Positions 42,012 to 55,856 of a stretch of 64,000 bases of DNA are shown here, in pieces. The notes under the pieces are model-generated. The model ran no database searches. It was given only the letters and a program-made list of their open reading frames with translations, and had not been told where the DNA came from. Numbering within the stretch: the stretch's first letter is position 1; every line of letters begins with the position of its first letter. Both the position numbers and the translations under genes were made by a program. Source of the stretch: Octopus vulgaris (Eukaryota); the NCBI GenBank assembly GCA_951406725.2, contig OX597817.1, positions 123,132,001 to 123,196,000 of the forward strand. Direction: 5' to 3'.

Positions 42012-42198
42012 GGGTTGGCATTAGGAAGGGCATCAAGCTGTAGAAACTCTGCTAGATCAGATTGGAGCCTGTTGCAGCCATCTGGCTTGCCAGTCCTCAG
42101 TCAAACCGTCCAACCCATGCCAGCATGAAAAGCAGACGTTAAACGATGATGATGATGATGATGATGTTGATGATGATGATGATGATGATGACGATGAC
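42012..42198 (+). mobile_element. RTE 3' UTR fragment with (GAT)n tail
   Basis: GGTTGGCATTAGGAAGGGCATC...GACGTTAAACGATGATG. Confidence 0.8.
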
Positions 42199-43899
42199 AG
42201 AGTAATCTGAATGCTAACGAATTAAACAAAAATGAGTTTTCTAGGACATTAGATCTCTAACATTTTATATATAATTAATTGTTATGAAACTCACAACAAT
42301 GATAGATTAGGGAATTAGGGTATAGTATTTTGGATTGTAGATTAGATTTGTCACAAGGTTTAACATCAGCATCGTAGGTACTTTTAGTTATGGGTTCTCT
42401 TCCTGAACGTGAAAGCCTGCAAAGATCATTGGGTATGGCCTTCCCCCATTCATTAAATAATTTTCTTACTCTTGAATATCAGGTACACGTTCCTATAAAC
42501 CCTCTCCTGATAATTAAATAAAATATAGTTCCATGCATGACTTCAGCAATTCTTCCTCCTCTCTTATTTGTAAAATATAGATGAGCCACTTAGTTCCTTG
42601 CTTGTTCATGCCATTAACTTTGGTACTTCCTCAATGCCATTAACTTTGGTACTTCACTTATACTTCATGTTAACAGTCCAGAAATGATGAAAGATAAGGT
42701 TGACCTCAGAAGTATTTTAATTCTGAAGATAAGAAGAGCAAATACCATTAAACAATCAAAGCAATTGCTTAGAACAGTGGTTCCCAACCCTTTTTTTCTT
42801 TTTTACCTATGAATCCCTTCGGTTACTATTTTATTCTGGTTGAACCCTCATAACCATTTGATGCTTTTAAAACTAATTTTATAGATACTTCTTCCAAAAT
42901 TCCTTTTTTTTCATGTTCAGTTGCATACATTAGCAAGAAACATGTTGAACTATGCTGAGCATTACACCCCTAACCTCACCCCTGCCCCTCCAATACTTGT
43001 GACCCTTTCAAACACTGGTTGATACCTTACTTGACTATAGCATAGAAAGCCATACATCCATAACCTGCAAAAAACAAAATAGAGAGTAATAACGTTATCA
43101 TAGCAGAACCAAAAGGAAGGCAAAACTTAGAATGTAGTGGCTTGATTACAAAAAGGTATTTGGTAATAAACTAAACTGCTGAATGAAAAAAACTAATTAT
43201 CTAAATTCGGCAATCACTATCCTAACAGAATTCATCAGTCATGTCATATGAAAATGGACAAGATTGCAGTAAGGTAAATAGTTAATTAACGGAAGCTCTA
43301 TAGCTATATGAAGTGGAATATTGCAAAAAAGACTCATTCTCTTCTCAATACTTTTTCTTAATTTTGACTGCAGTAAAAAAAAATCTATTGAAAACCAACC
43401 AATGATTACAGAGGCTATGAATAAACTATAAACAAGCATTTCTATGTGGATGATCTTAACTATGAATGAATGATGATGAGGAGGAGGACGAGGAAGAGGA
43501 GGAGGGGGGCTGTTGCTGATTGAATTTAATTCATATCTGGATAGTGTTCATTAGAATCTAGATTAAAAATATGTAAAGAAAAATATATATCTTCTGATTC
43601 GTTTTGAAACCTTTCCAAAATGCAATGTCTGTGTTTGATGCCACTTCTACAGATCATTTATTCCCTCTCCCCCTCTTTGACTAATTAGCAATCGACAGTT
43701 AATTAAATTCAAGAATGCAAAGATAAAAGAATGCGGCACGAATTATTATATGTGATGTTAGTTTACACCGTGAAAAGAAAACATAGGATATTGGGTGAAA
43801 CCCTTGATTGAAGAATTAATTTACCATTCCATTTAATGACCCCAAATTTTGCAAGACAATAAGTGATCCACTACATTATACGTAATGATACCAGTGGTA

Positions 43900-44485
43900 C
43901 TTGCCCTAGATATAGAAACAACGACTGGAATAGGATACAAAGAACTTGTGACAAAACAAACAGGGTAAACATGAGGTTTAAAACCGACAAATATCAAGGA
44001 GTGATGTTTGTAGAGGCCACAGCCCATGGAGAACTAGCTCGTAGGTTTAGGAAAGCTCTGAAAGAGACCATACTCAACATTAAGATTGTTGAAAAGCCAG
44101 GGAACTCCGTCAGATCACAACTATGTAGGACGCACCCTTTTGAGAATACCATATGCACCAAAGATAATTGCATGACATGTAAGATTAGCCCTGTATTAAC
44201 TGTAGAACTCGAAATGTAGTTTACACCATAAGATGCATAGAAGGTGCTTGTAAAGACATGAATATGACATACATAGGAGAGACCTCTAGGAGCATTGCGG
44301 AACGACTAAATGACAGTCCTCCATACTCTACCAACATGCCAAGGAACAATATGGAGGTAACCTGTGTCAACTTGACCTCCGCATCTTATCCACGCACCCA
44401 AAGGGCCCAACACTATAACAAATACGGGAGTACATCCTCATAAATGAAACTTCCCCAATACTAAATAGGAAATATACATAGTAAA
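43900..44485 (+). mobile_element. Penelope-like element fragment: Cys-rich linker and GIY-YIG endonuclease
   Basis: MFVEAT.HGELA..IKIVEKPG..HPF..CTKDNCMTC, then (frameshift) NCRTRNVVYTIRC..C..YIGETSRSIAER. Confidence 0.85.
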
Positions 44486-45487
44486 TATCATACTCCCATA
44501 CCCAAAGATTACACAGGTAGAGTAGAATAGTTAGTGGGCTGTTATGTAGATAGATGTATGTGTGTGTGTGGGGGTGTATGTATAAATGTAGATAGGTGTA
44601 TGTATGTGTGTGTGGGTGGGTGTATGAATATATATATATATATGTATATGAACATGTATGTAAGCATATAGATATGAAAGTAAACAGATCAACATACAGA
44701 CGGATACTTACATAGGTTATATGAACAAACAATCACACATACGCAAATGAAGACCGAAACACGTGCCCATATATACACACACTTTACTTCACACAAAGAC
44801 ACATATGGAGACACACGTCCACACATATGGAGATGCACATCAATTCATACAAATATGGTACATAATTGCAAAGCACACACACAGACGGACATGCAAACAC
44901 ACGAATATGCAGAATACATACATACAGAGAAATGTACACACATAAATAGACACATATGCACACATACAATCATGCATACACACATGCATACGTACATAAA
45001 TACGTGCATACATACATACATACAAACATACATACATGCATGTATAGGCACACGCACACATTGACCCACACACATGCGCACAAGCAAACAAAAAGGAACG
45101 CAGTGTGAGTAACGGACAGAGTCAAAATTATTGAAAGGATTGCAAGACGCAACGAAAATAAGTGGAAATTTTACCGGTGAGCGTGTTAAATCATAAGTCA
45201 CCAAAATAGAATGACTCTCCCCAGACACAAGAGAATATGCTTCAACATACGAACTCACATAAAGAATCTTGCAGACCAAATCCCAAAACGAAATATATAT
45301 ATGTGAACGCTTATGCATCGTCCTCTACGGGAGAGTCTATTATTTTAGTATATTATGGTTGCATAACGCAAGACAAAGTCTCGACCACAATTAAAAAAAT
45401 ATATACTATCTATCTGTCGATCTCTTTAATGACAGAAAAGTACTTCATATGTATGTATATGCGTGCGTGCGTGTGTATGTGTGTAAT

Positions 45488-46102
45488 CCTTTCTACTATA
45501 GACACAAGGCCGGAAATTTTGAGGGAAGGGACCAGTCGATTACACCGACTCCAATGCGTGACTGGTACTTATTTAATCAACTCCGAAAGAATGAAAGGCA
45601 AAGTCGACCTCGGCGGAACTTGAACACAGAACGTAGCAACGGGCGAAATACCGCTGAGCATTTCGTCCAGCACACTGACGATTCCTTATTTCTTTATTGC
45701 CATTAAGGGGCTAAATGTAGAGGGGACAAACAAGGACATACAAAGGGATTAAGTCGACTACATCGATCCCAGTGTTTAACTGCTACTTAATTTATCGACC
45801 CCGAAAGGATGAAAGGTAAAGTTGACCTCGGCGGAATTGTAACTCAGAACGTAGCGGCAGACGAAATACTAATTTCTTTACTACCCACAAGGGGCTAAAC
45901 ACAGAGAGGACAAACAAGGACAAACACACGGATTAAGTCGATTATATCGACCCCAGTGCGTAACTGGTACTTATTTAATCGACTCCTAAAGGATGAAAGG
46001 CAAAGTCGACCACGGCGGAATTTGAACTCAGAACGTAACGGCATACGAAATACGGCTACGCTATGCTCGGCATGCTAACGTTTCTGCCTGCTCATCGCCT
46101 TC
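45488..46102 (-). mobile_element. Head-to-tail triplet of SINE family B
   Basis: GATGAAAGGCAAAGTCGACCTCGGCGGAA repeated at ~45590, 45808 and 45992. Confidence 0.85.
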
Positions 46103-46660
46103 GTATGTGTATATATAATACACGCTCATGAACACAAGCACACATTTATATAAAAGTGAAGAAAAGAGAATCAAGAAAAGAAGGGAAGTTAAAATATAGA
46201 TTCATTTTTAACATTTTCACTACTCGAAGAGGAAATACATTTCACAAGTTCTTTTCGAGTCTCAATAATAAGTGTATGTTATTCAAGACATCTAATTTAT
46301 GTTTTTTTTACTTTTACATATCAACAACAGTTGAAACATGATCTTATTCTCTTCGTTGCTTTTTTTGGTTAATTTATTTTTTGTCCTCTAGTAATTTATT
46401 TTATAGTCATTACTCGTTAGATTCTCTATATCTTTTTAGATATTTTTATTTGCATTTTGTATTAGTTTATCATGATTTACTAATATAAAATATGCTTCTT
46501 GAGTTTCAAGTGCATCATTAACAGCTAATTGCACAATCTTAGCAGCAGTATGCACTCTTTCCTCAGCTGGTGTGTTGAAAGCCTTATCCAACACATATTT
46601 CTGTAAATGCATTATCACTTTCAGGTGGTTTTGAATACATTTATGAATGTGTACGAGATC

Positions 46661-47240
46661 CGACTGTGTGTTTATGTGTGCTTTACGTATGTATATCTGT
46701 ATGTATATACATATATATATATATGTGTATACGTGTATATATACAAATATATACATATATATATGCACACAAATATATATACATACATACATATATATAA
46801 ATATCTCTATATCTATATAGACATACACATATACACAGATACACACATGCTTCGACTGTGTGTTTATGTGTGCTTTACGTATGTATATCTGTATATATAT
46901 ACATATATAAATGTGTGTATGCGTGTATATATACAAATATACACATATATATGCACACAAATATATATACATACATACATATATATAAATATCTCTATAT
47001 CTATATAGACATACACATATACACAGACACACACATGCTTCGACTGTGTGTTTATGTGTGCTTTACGTATGTATATCTGTATGTATATACATATATATAT
47101 ATATATATGTGTATATACGTGTATATATACAAACATATACATATATATATATGCACACAAATATATATACATATATACATATATATAAATATCTCTATAT
47201 CTATATAGATATACACATATACACAGATACACACATGCTT
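46661..47240. repeat. Three tandem ~190-bp copies of a microsatellite-derived unit
   Basis: CGACTGTGTGTTTATGTGTGCTTTACG starts at 46661, 46853 and 47041. Confidence 0.9.
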
Positions 47241-47517
47241 ATATAAAGACATACATAAATATAAAAACCTATTCATATACTTTCATGCAAACATACATAT
47301 GTACATACAAGTACGCCCCCCCACAAACACACATTTATATACATTTGCTATTATTAATGCAATTTTCATTTTTTCTCTTGATTTCTCTTGGTTGATACTC
47401 CAAAACAGCTTGACCTACTGAATATAATATAGATTCTCACTATCATAATATTTGTACTGCTTATTCAAGAGTTATCATCGTTATTTATGGAGTCGTTATT
47501 TTTGTTGTTATTATTAA

Positions 47518-47563
<46 letters not shown>

Positions 47564-47870
47564 GGTGTTATTATTTTAGCATCTATTGTTGCTATGGCTG
47601 TGGTTAGCTAAAATTTTGTTGGCATAATCACATTCATGCTTACATGCCCACGTCAAAAGTACGTTCATATAAGAAAATAACTGTTGGTTCGCTTTGTATT
47701 TATATGTGAATCACTTGATTTTTATTTTTTCACACACTTTCTATTCGAGAAACTTCCTGTATGTTGATGTACACACACACGTGAGCACACACACACACAT
47801 CTACAGGAAATGAAGAACATGCTTCCTGGTTTCCATACTTTGTCTTACAGCCACTTTAAATTCATATATG

Positions 47871-47937
<67 letters not shown>

Positions 47938-48152
47938 ATCTGTAATATAATATGTGACAATTATCGAGGCCTCGAGGCCTACCTCGGTAACTGAAGAGAT
48001 GCCGGAGCAGGTTTCCGCCCCGACATGCGAAACTCGGAGTCTTGTTATAGCAACCGAATAATTGTCACATATTATATTACAGATAAATTCCCCTATTTAC
48101 ATAATATCGAGGTCTCTTTCATTCATATGTTGTCTTACCATTACAATCAATA
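47938..48152 (+). mobile_element. Penelope-like terminal fragment with a 26-bp inverted repeat
   Basis: ATCTGTAATATAATATGTGACAATTA (47938) / TAATTGTCACATATTATATTACAGAT (48059); tail homologous to 50980-51047 reversed. Confidence 0.65.
47986..48046 (+). ncRNA. Minimal type I hammerhead ribozyme motif
   Basis: GGTAA-CTGAAGA-GATGCCGG..CCGACATGC-GAAA-CTC-G-GAG-TC-TTGTT: core intact, GTC cleavage triplet, weak stem I. Confidence 0.65.
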
Positions 48153-48167
48153 TATATTTATATATTT

Positions 48168-48452
48168 CTTTTACTAGTTTCAGTAATTTGACTACGGCCA
48201 TGATGTAGCACCGCCTTTAATCGAACAAAACGATCCCAGGACTTATTCTTTGTACCCCTGTACTTATTCTTTCGGTCTCTTTTGCCGAACCGCTAAGTTA
48301 CGGGGAGGTAAACACACCAGCATCGGTTGTCAAGCGATGGCTGGGGAAACAAACACAGACAGAAAGACACACACACATACACATATATAGTGGGTTTCTT
48401 TTGGATTTTGTGTATTAAATCCACTCACAAGGTTTTGGTCGGTTGTGGTGTC
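48168..48452 (-). mobile_element. SINE family A
   Basis: Reverse-complement match to 25230-25520. Confidence 0.8.
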
Positions 48453-48554
48453 CTGTACTCACGTATATATATTTATATATGCATGTATATATACATGTAG
48501 ATGTCGGTACGTACATATATGTTTGAATGTATGCATATATTTTATTTATTACAC

Positions 48555-48617
<63 letters not shown>

Positions 48618-49209
48618 CAAAGTTTACTCTGTGTGATTTTGTGATTATACGTCGGTATAATTTTTCTGTTATTGAATTTATGAAATTATGAAATGCACTC
48701 ACAAACACACATACACACACACACGTATATATATTTGTGTTTATATAGGTCTTTTTACAGTATTCTGGATACAGAAGGTCTCGTTTAGTCTGGCGTCGCA
48801 ACATGCTGATTGTACTGAATAACAGTTCAATATTTGGTTTTATCGCATGGAAGTCATCAAATCAAAAGCAAATTTTGGATTTTAGCGTACTGAATTTTCT
48901 GTTTATCGAATTCTCTTTATTTGTTGAAAATTATACGTACCATAAATATCACTCTGACATATAGGACATAAGCACGTAATAGGCAAAAGCTCACTTTGTA
49001 ATCAAATTATTTCGTGTTCTGTTCCGTTACACGACACATTGGACGTTTTCTACTGTAGGCCAGTGATGATAGATGAGCTGTGAGAGAATTTGGTTTAGTG
49101 ACAATGTGCAGAGCCTATTACTTCTGGCTAACCGTCTGTTTGGACTGTCTGATAGTCTGTCTGTCCGTCTGTTTATCTGTCTGTCTGTCACTTTTACTCT
49201 CTCCTTCTA

Positions 49210-49308
<99 letters not shown>

Positions 49309-49448
49309 ATGTATGTATATATATAATATTAGGGATTTATTATTCTAAACTTACAGAGAAAATTTCAATAAGATGTAATTTTTTTTATATATGGTATAAT
49401 TTAGTTATTTCATTACTGAATTGATAAAAGGCGTTATTTTTTTCTAAT

Positions 49449-49565
<117 letters not shown>

Positions 49566-49855
49566 CAATTTTAAGAGTACAATGCATCGCGTCATGCCAG
49601 GTCCAGTTTTTAAAATTTAAACTCCAATTAAGCAAAATTTACAGAAAACTCACATTCTGGTGTGTGTGTCAAATGCTTTTCTTAGTCTGGTTTACACCCA
49701 CACGCAAACGCACACACACAGTGGGCAGCGAATAAAATGAAAGTAATTTACTTACTGTAGTGAGTGATTCTTTCACTCTGCCTCCCACTTCCTCTTTCAA
49801 CACATAGACACGCAAATATATAAATAAAATTGTAAGCTAACGTGCGTGTGTGTGA

Positions 49856-49888
<33 letters not shown>

Positions 49889-49990
49889 CGCGCGTGTGTA
49901 TGTGTGAGGGTGCGCGTGTGTGTGTGTGTGTGTGTGCGTGTGCTTGAGTGTGTGACAGGAAAGTTTTTTACGACGAATATAAGTAGCAGA

Positions 49991-50262
49991 AAGATAAGAC
50001 AGTAAGGTGTGATTTGAGGGAGATTTGGCTGCTATTTCTACCATGTCTAGCTGCCATGTAGGGGTCTCCCTCATAGGCTCATACATACATATATACATAG
50101 ATAAGACAGTAAGGTGTGATTTGGGGGAAATTTGGCTGCTATTTCTACCAGGTCTAGCTACCATGTAGAGGTCCTCCTCATTGGCTCATATATATATACA
50201 TACATAAGACAGTAAGGTGTGATTTGAGGGACATTTGGCTGCTGTTTCTACCAGGTCTGTTA
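49991..50262 (+). repeat. Three tandem copies (last truncated) of a ~90-bp structured mini-element
   Basis: ATAAGACAGTAAGGTGTGATTTGRGGGA.ATTTGGCTGCTRTTTCTACCA at ~49994, 50101 and 50204. Confidence 0.85.
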
Positions 50263-50623
50263 GGCCTTCTCATGTAAACTCAAGCTTTCTCATGCCTTGA
50301 ACATAAGACCAAAGCAGAGAATGTATTCTTTTATTCTTCTGCTTTTTCCAGCCATTGGTCTGTGGCCATGCTGGGGCAATGCCTTGAAGAATTGTAGTTT
50401 AATGAATCAACTCCAGTTTTATTTTTGTAAGCATTGTACTTATTCTATCTGTTTCCTTTGTCAAACCACTAGGTGACAGGGATGTAAACAAACCAACATT
50501 CGTTGTCAAGCAGTGGTGGAGGACAATCACAAGCACAGACACGCACACACACACACATACATGCATACACATATACACACATACATACATACATACATAT
50601 ATATATATGTGTGTATATATATA

Positions 50624-50947
50624 TTGCAGCGTGGAAGGTGTTTGAAGCCATTTAAGAAACACACAAAAACCGTTACATTCACTTCAACATTTAAATTTCA
50701 TTTGCCAAAATATTTTCGTCGCTTTGAGACCGCGACCTGTTCACTGACAAAAATATCGTGCTAACAGGTCGCGGTCTCAAAGCGACGAAAATATTTTGAC
50801 AAATTAAATTTAAATGTTGAAGTGAATCTAACGGTTTTTGTGTGTTTCTTAAATGGCTTATAAACACCTTCAACGCTGCAACTGTTTTCGTTCCAGCACA
50901 CGATCTCAGATCAAGTCACTTGCTATGCAAGTACATCTCTGTAACTA
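50624..50947. mobile_element. Penelope-like inverted terminus: ~118-bp inverted repeat with a decayed hammerhead
   Basis: Arms 50624-50741 and 50763-50881 with a 21-bp spacer; minus strand TTTGTCA-GTGAACA-GGTCGC..GCGAC-GAAA-ATATTT-TGGCAAA. Confidence 0.65.
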
Positions 50948-51045
50948 TTTATATATTTATATATATATATATATATGTATATTGGTAAAAACAGTAAGAT
51001 AACAAAAGAAAGAAAGAGACCTCAATATTATGTAAATAGAGGAAA

Positions 51046-51150
51046 TCTTTATATATAAAAGTGAGGTTGTGTGTCTGTCTCCTACGATTTAGATTCCTAA
51101 CTACTCCCACATTTTGCGGTGCAGTTTAACCAAAACCGGGTATCTTATAG
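51046..51150 (+). mobile_element. Helitron-like 5' end fragment
   Basis: TCTTTATATATAAAAG followed by TGTGTGTCTGTC. Confidence 0.4.
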
Positions 51151-51181
<31 letters not shown>

Positions 51182-51185
51182 TATA

Positions 51186-51234
<49 letters not shown>

Positions 51235-51779
51235 GTGTCACACACATATTCATATATTCATTCAACTATACACACAGATACACTCATATATATGAATGCA
51301 CGTGTTTGTGTTGCATTGTTTGTTTATCTTTCACTATTTAACAACCGACATTGATTTGTTTATATTCCCGGTTTGACACTTGGGATCGATAGGATAATTA
51401 GCAGATTTAGAATAAACGCTAGAGCTGATTTCGTCGTTTACACCCATCAAGGTGCTGTTCAATCCAATACTTTCTGCTGAAATCTATTGCGGATAGTTTC
51501 ATAATTTCCTTCTCATCATATGAACAAAGTCGAAAGCTTTTTAATCAGCTCAGAAACTGAAATAATCTTATATAGTTCTTTCAAGGTAGTGTTGACATTG
51601 AATCTTGAGCCTTCAGATAAATCCGTTTAAGAAAGTTTCTCTGTTCTTCGACCGAAATGTGTGCAGTTATTGATTATAATGTATCTTCAGGTCGTAAATA
51701 GTGAAACCTTTGCTGTTCGTCTGGTTATCGTTAAGTGGTGTAAGTGATTTAGGGACCATCTGCAGACATGTACGTATAA

Positions 51780-53700
51780 ATCACAAAATCAAAAACAGAA
51801 CAATTCGTATCCGACTTCGAAAATCTTTGAAAAGTATGACGAGCAATTTTTGACGTACTTAAGACAATCCATCAGCGATCTTTCTTGTATAGCAAAGACA
51901 AAGATCTTAAACGAATTAGCATCGAAAGTACACTAAGTTTTCGCAAGCAGCATTATCGAGATATAAAAACAGTAGTCTTTCAACATACTTTATCATCAAT
52001 ATATACTACAAAACTGTATTAAAGGAATTAGTCATACAACCAGAAAAAATGGCCTTGTAAACTACCGCTCAGTGGGAAGATAACGTAGACTACCTCTCAT
52101 TAGTCATACGGATTATAATATATACTCTTTCGTCAGCTCCAAATATAAGATAAACAATTACATTTCCCCCCAAAAAATGCCCCGAATAGTTTAGGAATAG
52201 TCAGTAAACGCATCATTGATTCCATTAACCTAAAAATGAAATGTGTGAATTGATTAAATCAAACTGCAGTGTCTGTGGTTTTGATTCATTGCCATTGAAA
52301 ATATTACAGCTTCGATATGGTGAACTTTTAACCAGCTACATTCAAATCTGTCCTCCTGAAAGCGTTGTACTTCGGACAATAATGCATCATGATGAACAAC
52401 CTAGACATTAGTATAGTGATATTATGACATGGCAAGTCCAATTGTCTCGAGAAAGGGGAATATTCTACTGTTTGCCATTTCCAAAAAGGAATGGTAACAA
52501 AGATTAAGTGAATGATTTTGAGACGTTGGTGTTAGAAACCGAAACTCTTAATATAGCTCTTATCTATACAGAAATGATGACCTAGCAATCTCAATCGCCG
52601 TGAGCGTTGAAAAGTCTAGGAACGATTTGACAGACATATTCAAGTAGTTTGGCATAAATATACTATTATTACAAGCGCAAAATAGCTAACTTTCTAGATA
52701 CTACTTCAGAAAATAACATGGATATGCAACCTAATAATAAAGCAAAACGAAAGACTATAGGTTCACAAAAGATTCCAATCACCCCAAGTACAATAAGAAA
52801 TGTTATTGCAGCCCTATTTTGTAATGAAGCATTAGACAGGAATGGTTTCAGTAGGGAGCTAATTTAACGAAGGAATACCTACAAATGAGAGGATATTTAA
52901 AAAGAAACGTCATCTGGTTTAAGCCCACTCACAATTCAAATATTCTCGCGAATATAACCAGGAATTTCCTATAACGCTGGGCATCGCTTCTCGCCAATGC
53001 ACAAATACCATAAGCTATTTAATATATACACTAAGTTTAGCTATTCTTCTCTGGGTAACATCGCGTCCACCATCAATCCTCAACAGCCATCTTACATCCG
53101 CCAAAATCAAATTACTTGTTTGCCCAGAAGATATTGTCTTTCCAAAAAACTGTGTATCAAGCACAAATTACACAATTTAGTATCAAGAGAGACTAAAATG
53201 GATTTACTTTTGACGGTTTTAAAAGGCGTTACAGTCAATGTCTGTACTTCTTTAGGTACAGGAACATGAAAAAATCAACTTTTTCAACCGGATTTATGTT
53301 GACTCTAAAAGACCAATAGCATTACACTTTTTTCTATGATGACTTGCAAAATCTTATTGGCAGAACTACCTTATATTCCAGCGGTTTGTGTAGGTGTAGA
53401 ATTTGCATAGCTGAAAAGTTTCACATACTAAAACTCTCCGCAACGCAATATCCTTCAGTAGAAAAATATTAATTGTGAGTCTGTAATTGCTATAGACAGG
53501 CATGTTTGCATGGAGTATTATTTAAACGAGTAAGCGTATCTGCCACAGATAAATACATATGATGAAAAGTTTGACACTGCCGCAATACAAAAATTAAATT
53601 AACAAATAAATATCAATTGGAAGACTTGCTGATTGCTCAAGTTTTAATATCTAGGCGACAACACAACGTTTTCTTCAAACGATAAACTAGGTAAGTTGAG
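51780..53700 (+). mobile_element. Decayed Penelope-like retroelement (RT, thumb and endonuclease remnants)
   Basis: FDMVNF*P (RT motif), ANFLD, DSNHP, RNVIWFKP, HKYHKLFN..KFSYS..NI, CRICIAEKFHIL. Confidence 0.8.
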
Positions 53701-54298
53701 TAAAGTGAAGAAATTGACAGAAACTAAATAGATTGATTGAAATAATTCAGAAAAAATTAAGTAAATTGTGAGTTAGTAATGCATACTCATCATTACTATC
53801 CTGAGATACTAATTTTTTTTCCCACGAATCTAATATTTCTTCAGTTCAGAATACCGTTCTGTTTCCTAATGTAGTGTACCTTAAGGATTACAACATTGGT
53901 AACTCTGGATAGGATCTTTGATCTTTATTTCCTCGGCTTGTACTGCACAGGGTCAAGTTGTTTCATAAAATCATTCTGTTATTCTTAGGTACAACCGTTA
54001 TATGTGTTCCTGCATTGAAACAATTTCTATTGATTGTTTAAAAACGTGGTGGTCGGTCGCTATATTGATTGGTTGCCCCCTAAGGTGGCAAGGTTCTGCA
54101 TCGTGTTAAGAACGCTAGAGAAAAGATATAATCTTCAGATGTAGCCATACCTTATTATTCTGATAGGAAATCCAGACATCGCTAGATAGACATTTCTGTT
54201 TTTCTTTTTATCAGCCCATCGTAGAATGACTTAGTTCATATAAACCTAATTTTTGCCACCAATTAGATTTACACAAGTAGCATATGCACACATACATA

Positions 54299-54517
54299 CA
54301 GAGTGCGATGGGTAAATTGTCACCATTTTATATTTTTCATTTTGTTTGCACGTACGCATTATTTGCTTTTGATTTTGTCTACTACACAGTATTGTAAGGT
54401 CAGTTGAGCACCGTCTGTGAGAAAAGCAGCATTACGACGCAATTCCCTCTGCCAGAAATTTGGAAACGGCATGCTGTGCTGCTTGGCATTCGCACCGGAC
54501 GCTCCAATACTAACATT
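54299..54517 (+). mobile_element. 5' end of a Tc1/mariner element of the same family as 59985-60765
   Basis: TA-CAGAGTGCG terminus; 54340-54517 aligns by eye to 59985-60117. Confidence 0.65.
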
Positions 54518-54636
54518 GCCGTCGTAGTCAACTTTGTTTTTAATCTTTTCGGGGTTGATAAAATAAGTACCAGTTGAACACCGGTGTCGATATAGTTGAT
54601 CAGCCCCTTTTCCCGATATTTCAGGCATTGTGCCTA

Positions 54637-55856
54637 TAGTCCTCAAGTATTAAATTTGTAGAAAAGAAATAAAAGTTTGCTAATGTTTTATAAATACAAG
54701 GAATAGTTGTATTCATCAAAGTAAGCACCCATATTGTCAATACACTTTTGCCATTTCAACAGTAGCTTGTCCAACCCGGAGCTGTAAAAGCTTGGCAATC
54801 TAGAGTCAATAAAATCTTAGAAGGCCTGTTTAACAGCATCGTCGAAATTAAATTCTTTTCCTATCAAAATGTTATCCAAATTCTGGAAGAAATAGTAGTC
54901 AGTGGGGGCATGATCAGGTGAGTATGGTTGATGCTGGAGAACTTCCAACTCCAACTCGTGTAGTTTCGCCAATGTCATTTTTGCAATGTGGTTTGGCGTT
55001 GTCATGCAATAAAATTAGGAGTGGATCTGTTGACTAATCTAGGCTGCTTTGGTAAGTTTCTGCATCATTTAGTCCAGCTGGCTGTAGTATACTTCGGCCG
55101 TGATTAATGAGCCAAGTTTAATGAAATCATAATGTCAGACCACCAAACACACCATCAGCTTCTTTTGGTAAATTTTACTTCTTGGAATGTGTTTTGGTGG
55201 CTTGTCTTTGTTCAACCATTGTGCTGAACGTTTACGGTTGTATTGGATCCATTTCTTATCACATGTTGCAATTCGATTAAAAAATTATTCATTTTTTTGA
55301 CGAGAATGTAGCATAATGTAGACTTCCAAACGTTTCTGTTTCTGATTTTCATTGAGTTCATGTGGAACCCACTTATCCAAATTTTTCACTTTACCGATTT
55401 GAACTAGATGAGTCAATATTATTTGCTTGCTAACACCAAACAACAACGATAATTCACAGGCACTTTGAAATTAATCTGGCTCGACGGTGGTTTTCAGTTC
55501 GTCATTATCCACCTTTGTTTCTGGTCGACCGCGTTGCTCATTTGTGAGGTCAAAGTTACAAGAACGAAATTTTGTAAACCAATTTGATAGTGTCCGCTGT
55601 GTAATAACATTAGAATGAAATACTCCATTAATACTCTGAGCTGTCTGTGATGCTGTCTTTCCAGGAAAGAACTCATATTTCAAAACTGTACGAATGCCCG
55701 ACTTATCCATCTCTAAAGGAAAAATAGCAAAACAAAAAAAAAAAAAAGATTTATAGATATTTTATAAAGCGCAAAATGAGTTAGAATAAAGAAATAGATG
55801 TGTCAGCTTTTCTAACAAAAAATAAAGATTGTCAAATTTCATACTTGATGACCTAA
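54637..55856 (-). mobile_element. Near-full-length decayed mariner transposon (D,D34D type)
   Basis: TIRs AGTCCTCAAGTATTAAATTTG / CAAATTTCATACTTGATGACCTAA-TA; MDKSGIR..YEF..GKTA, RGRP, WVPHEL, TCDKKW, HDN, PYSPDHAPTDY; frameshifted. Confidence 0.92.
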
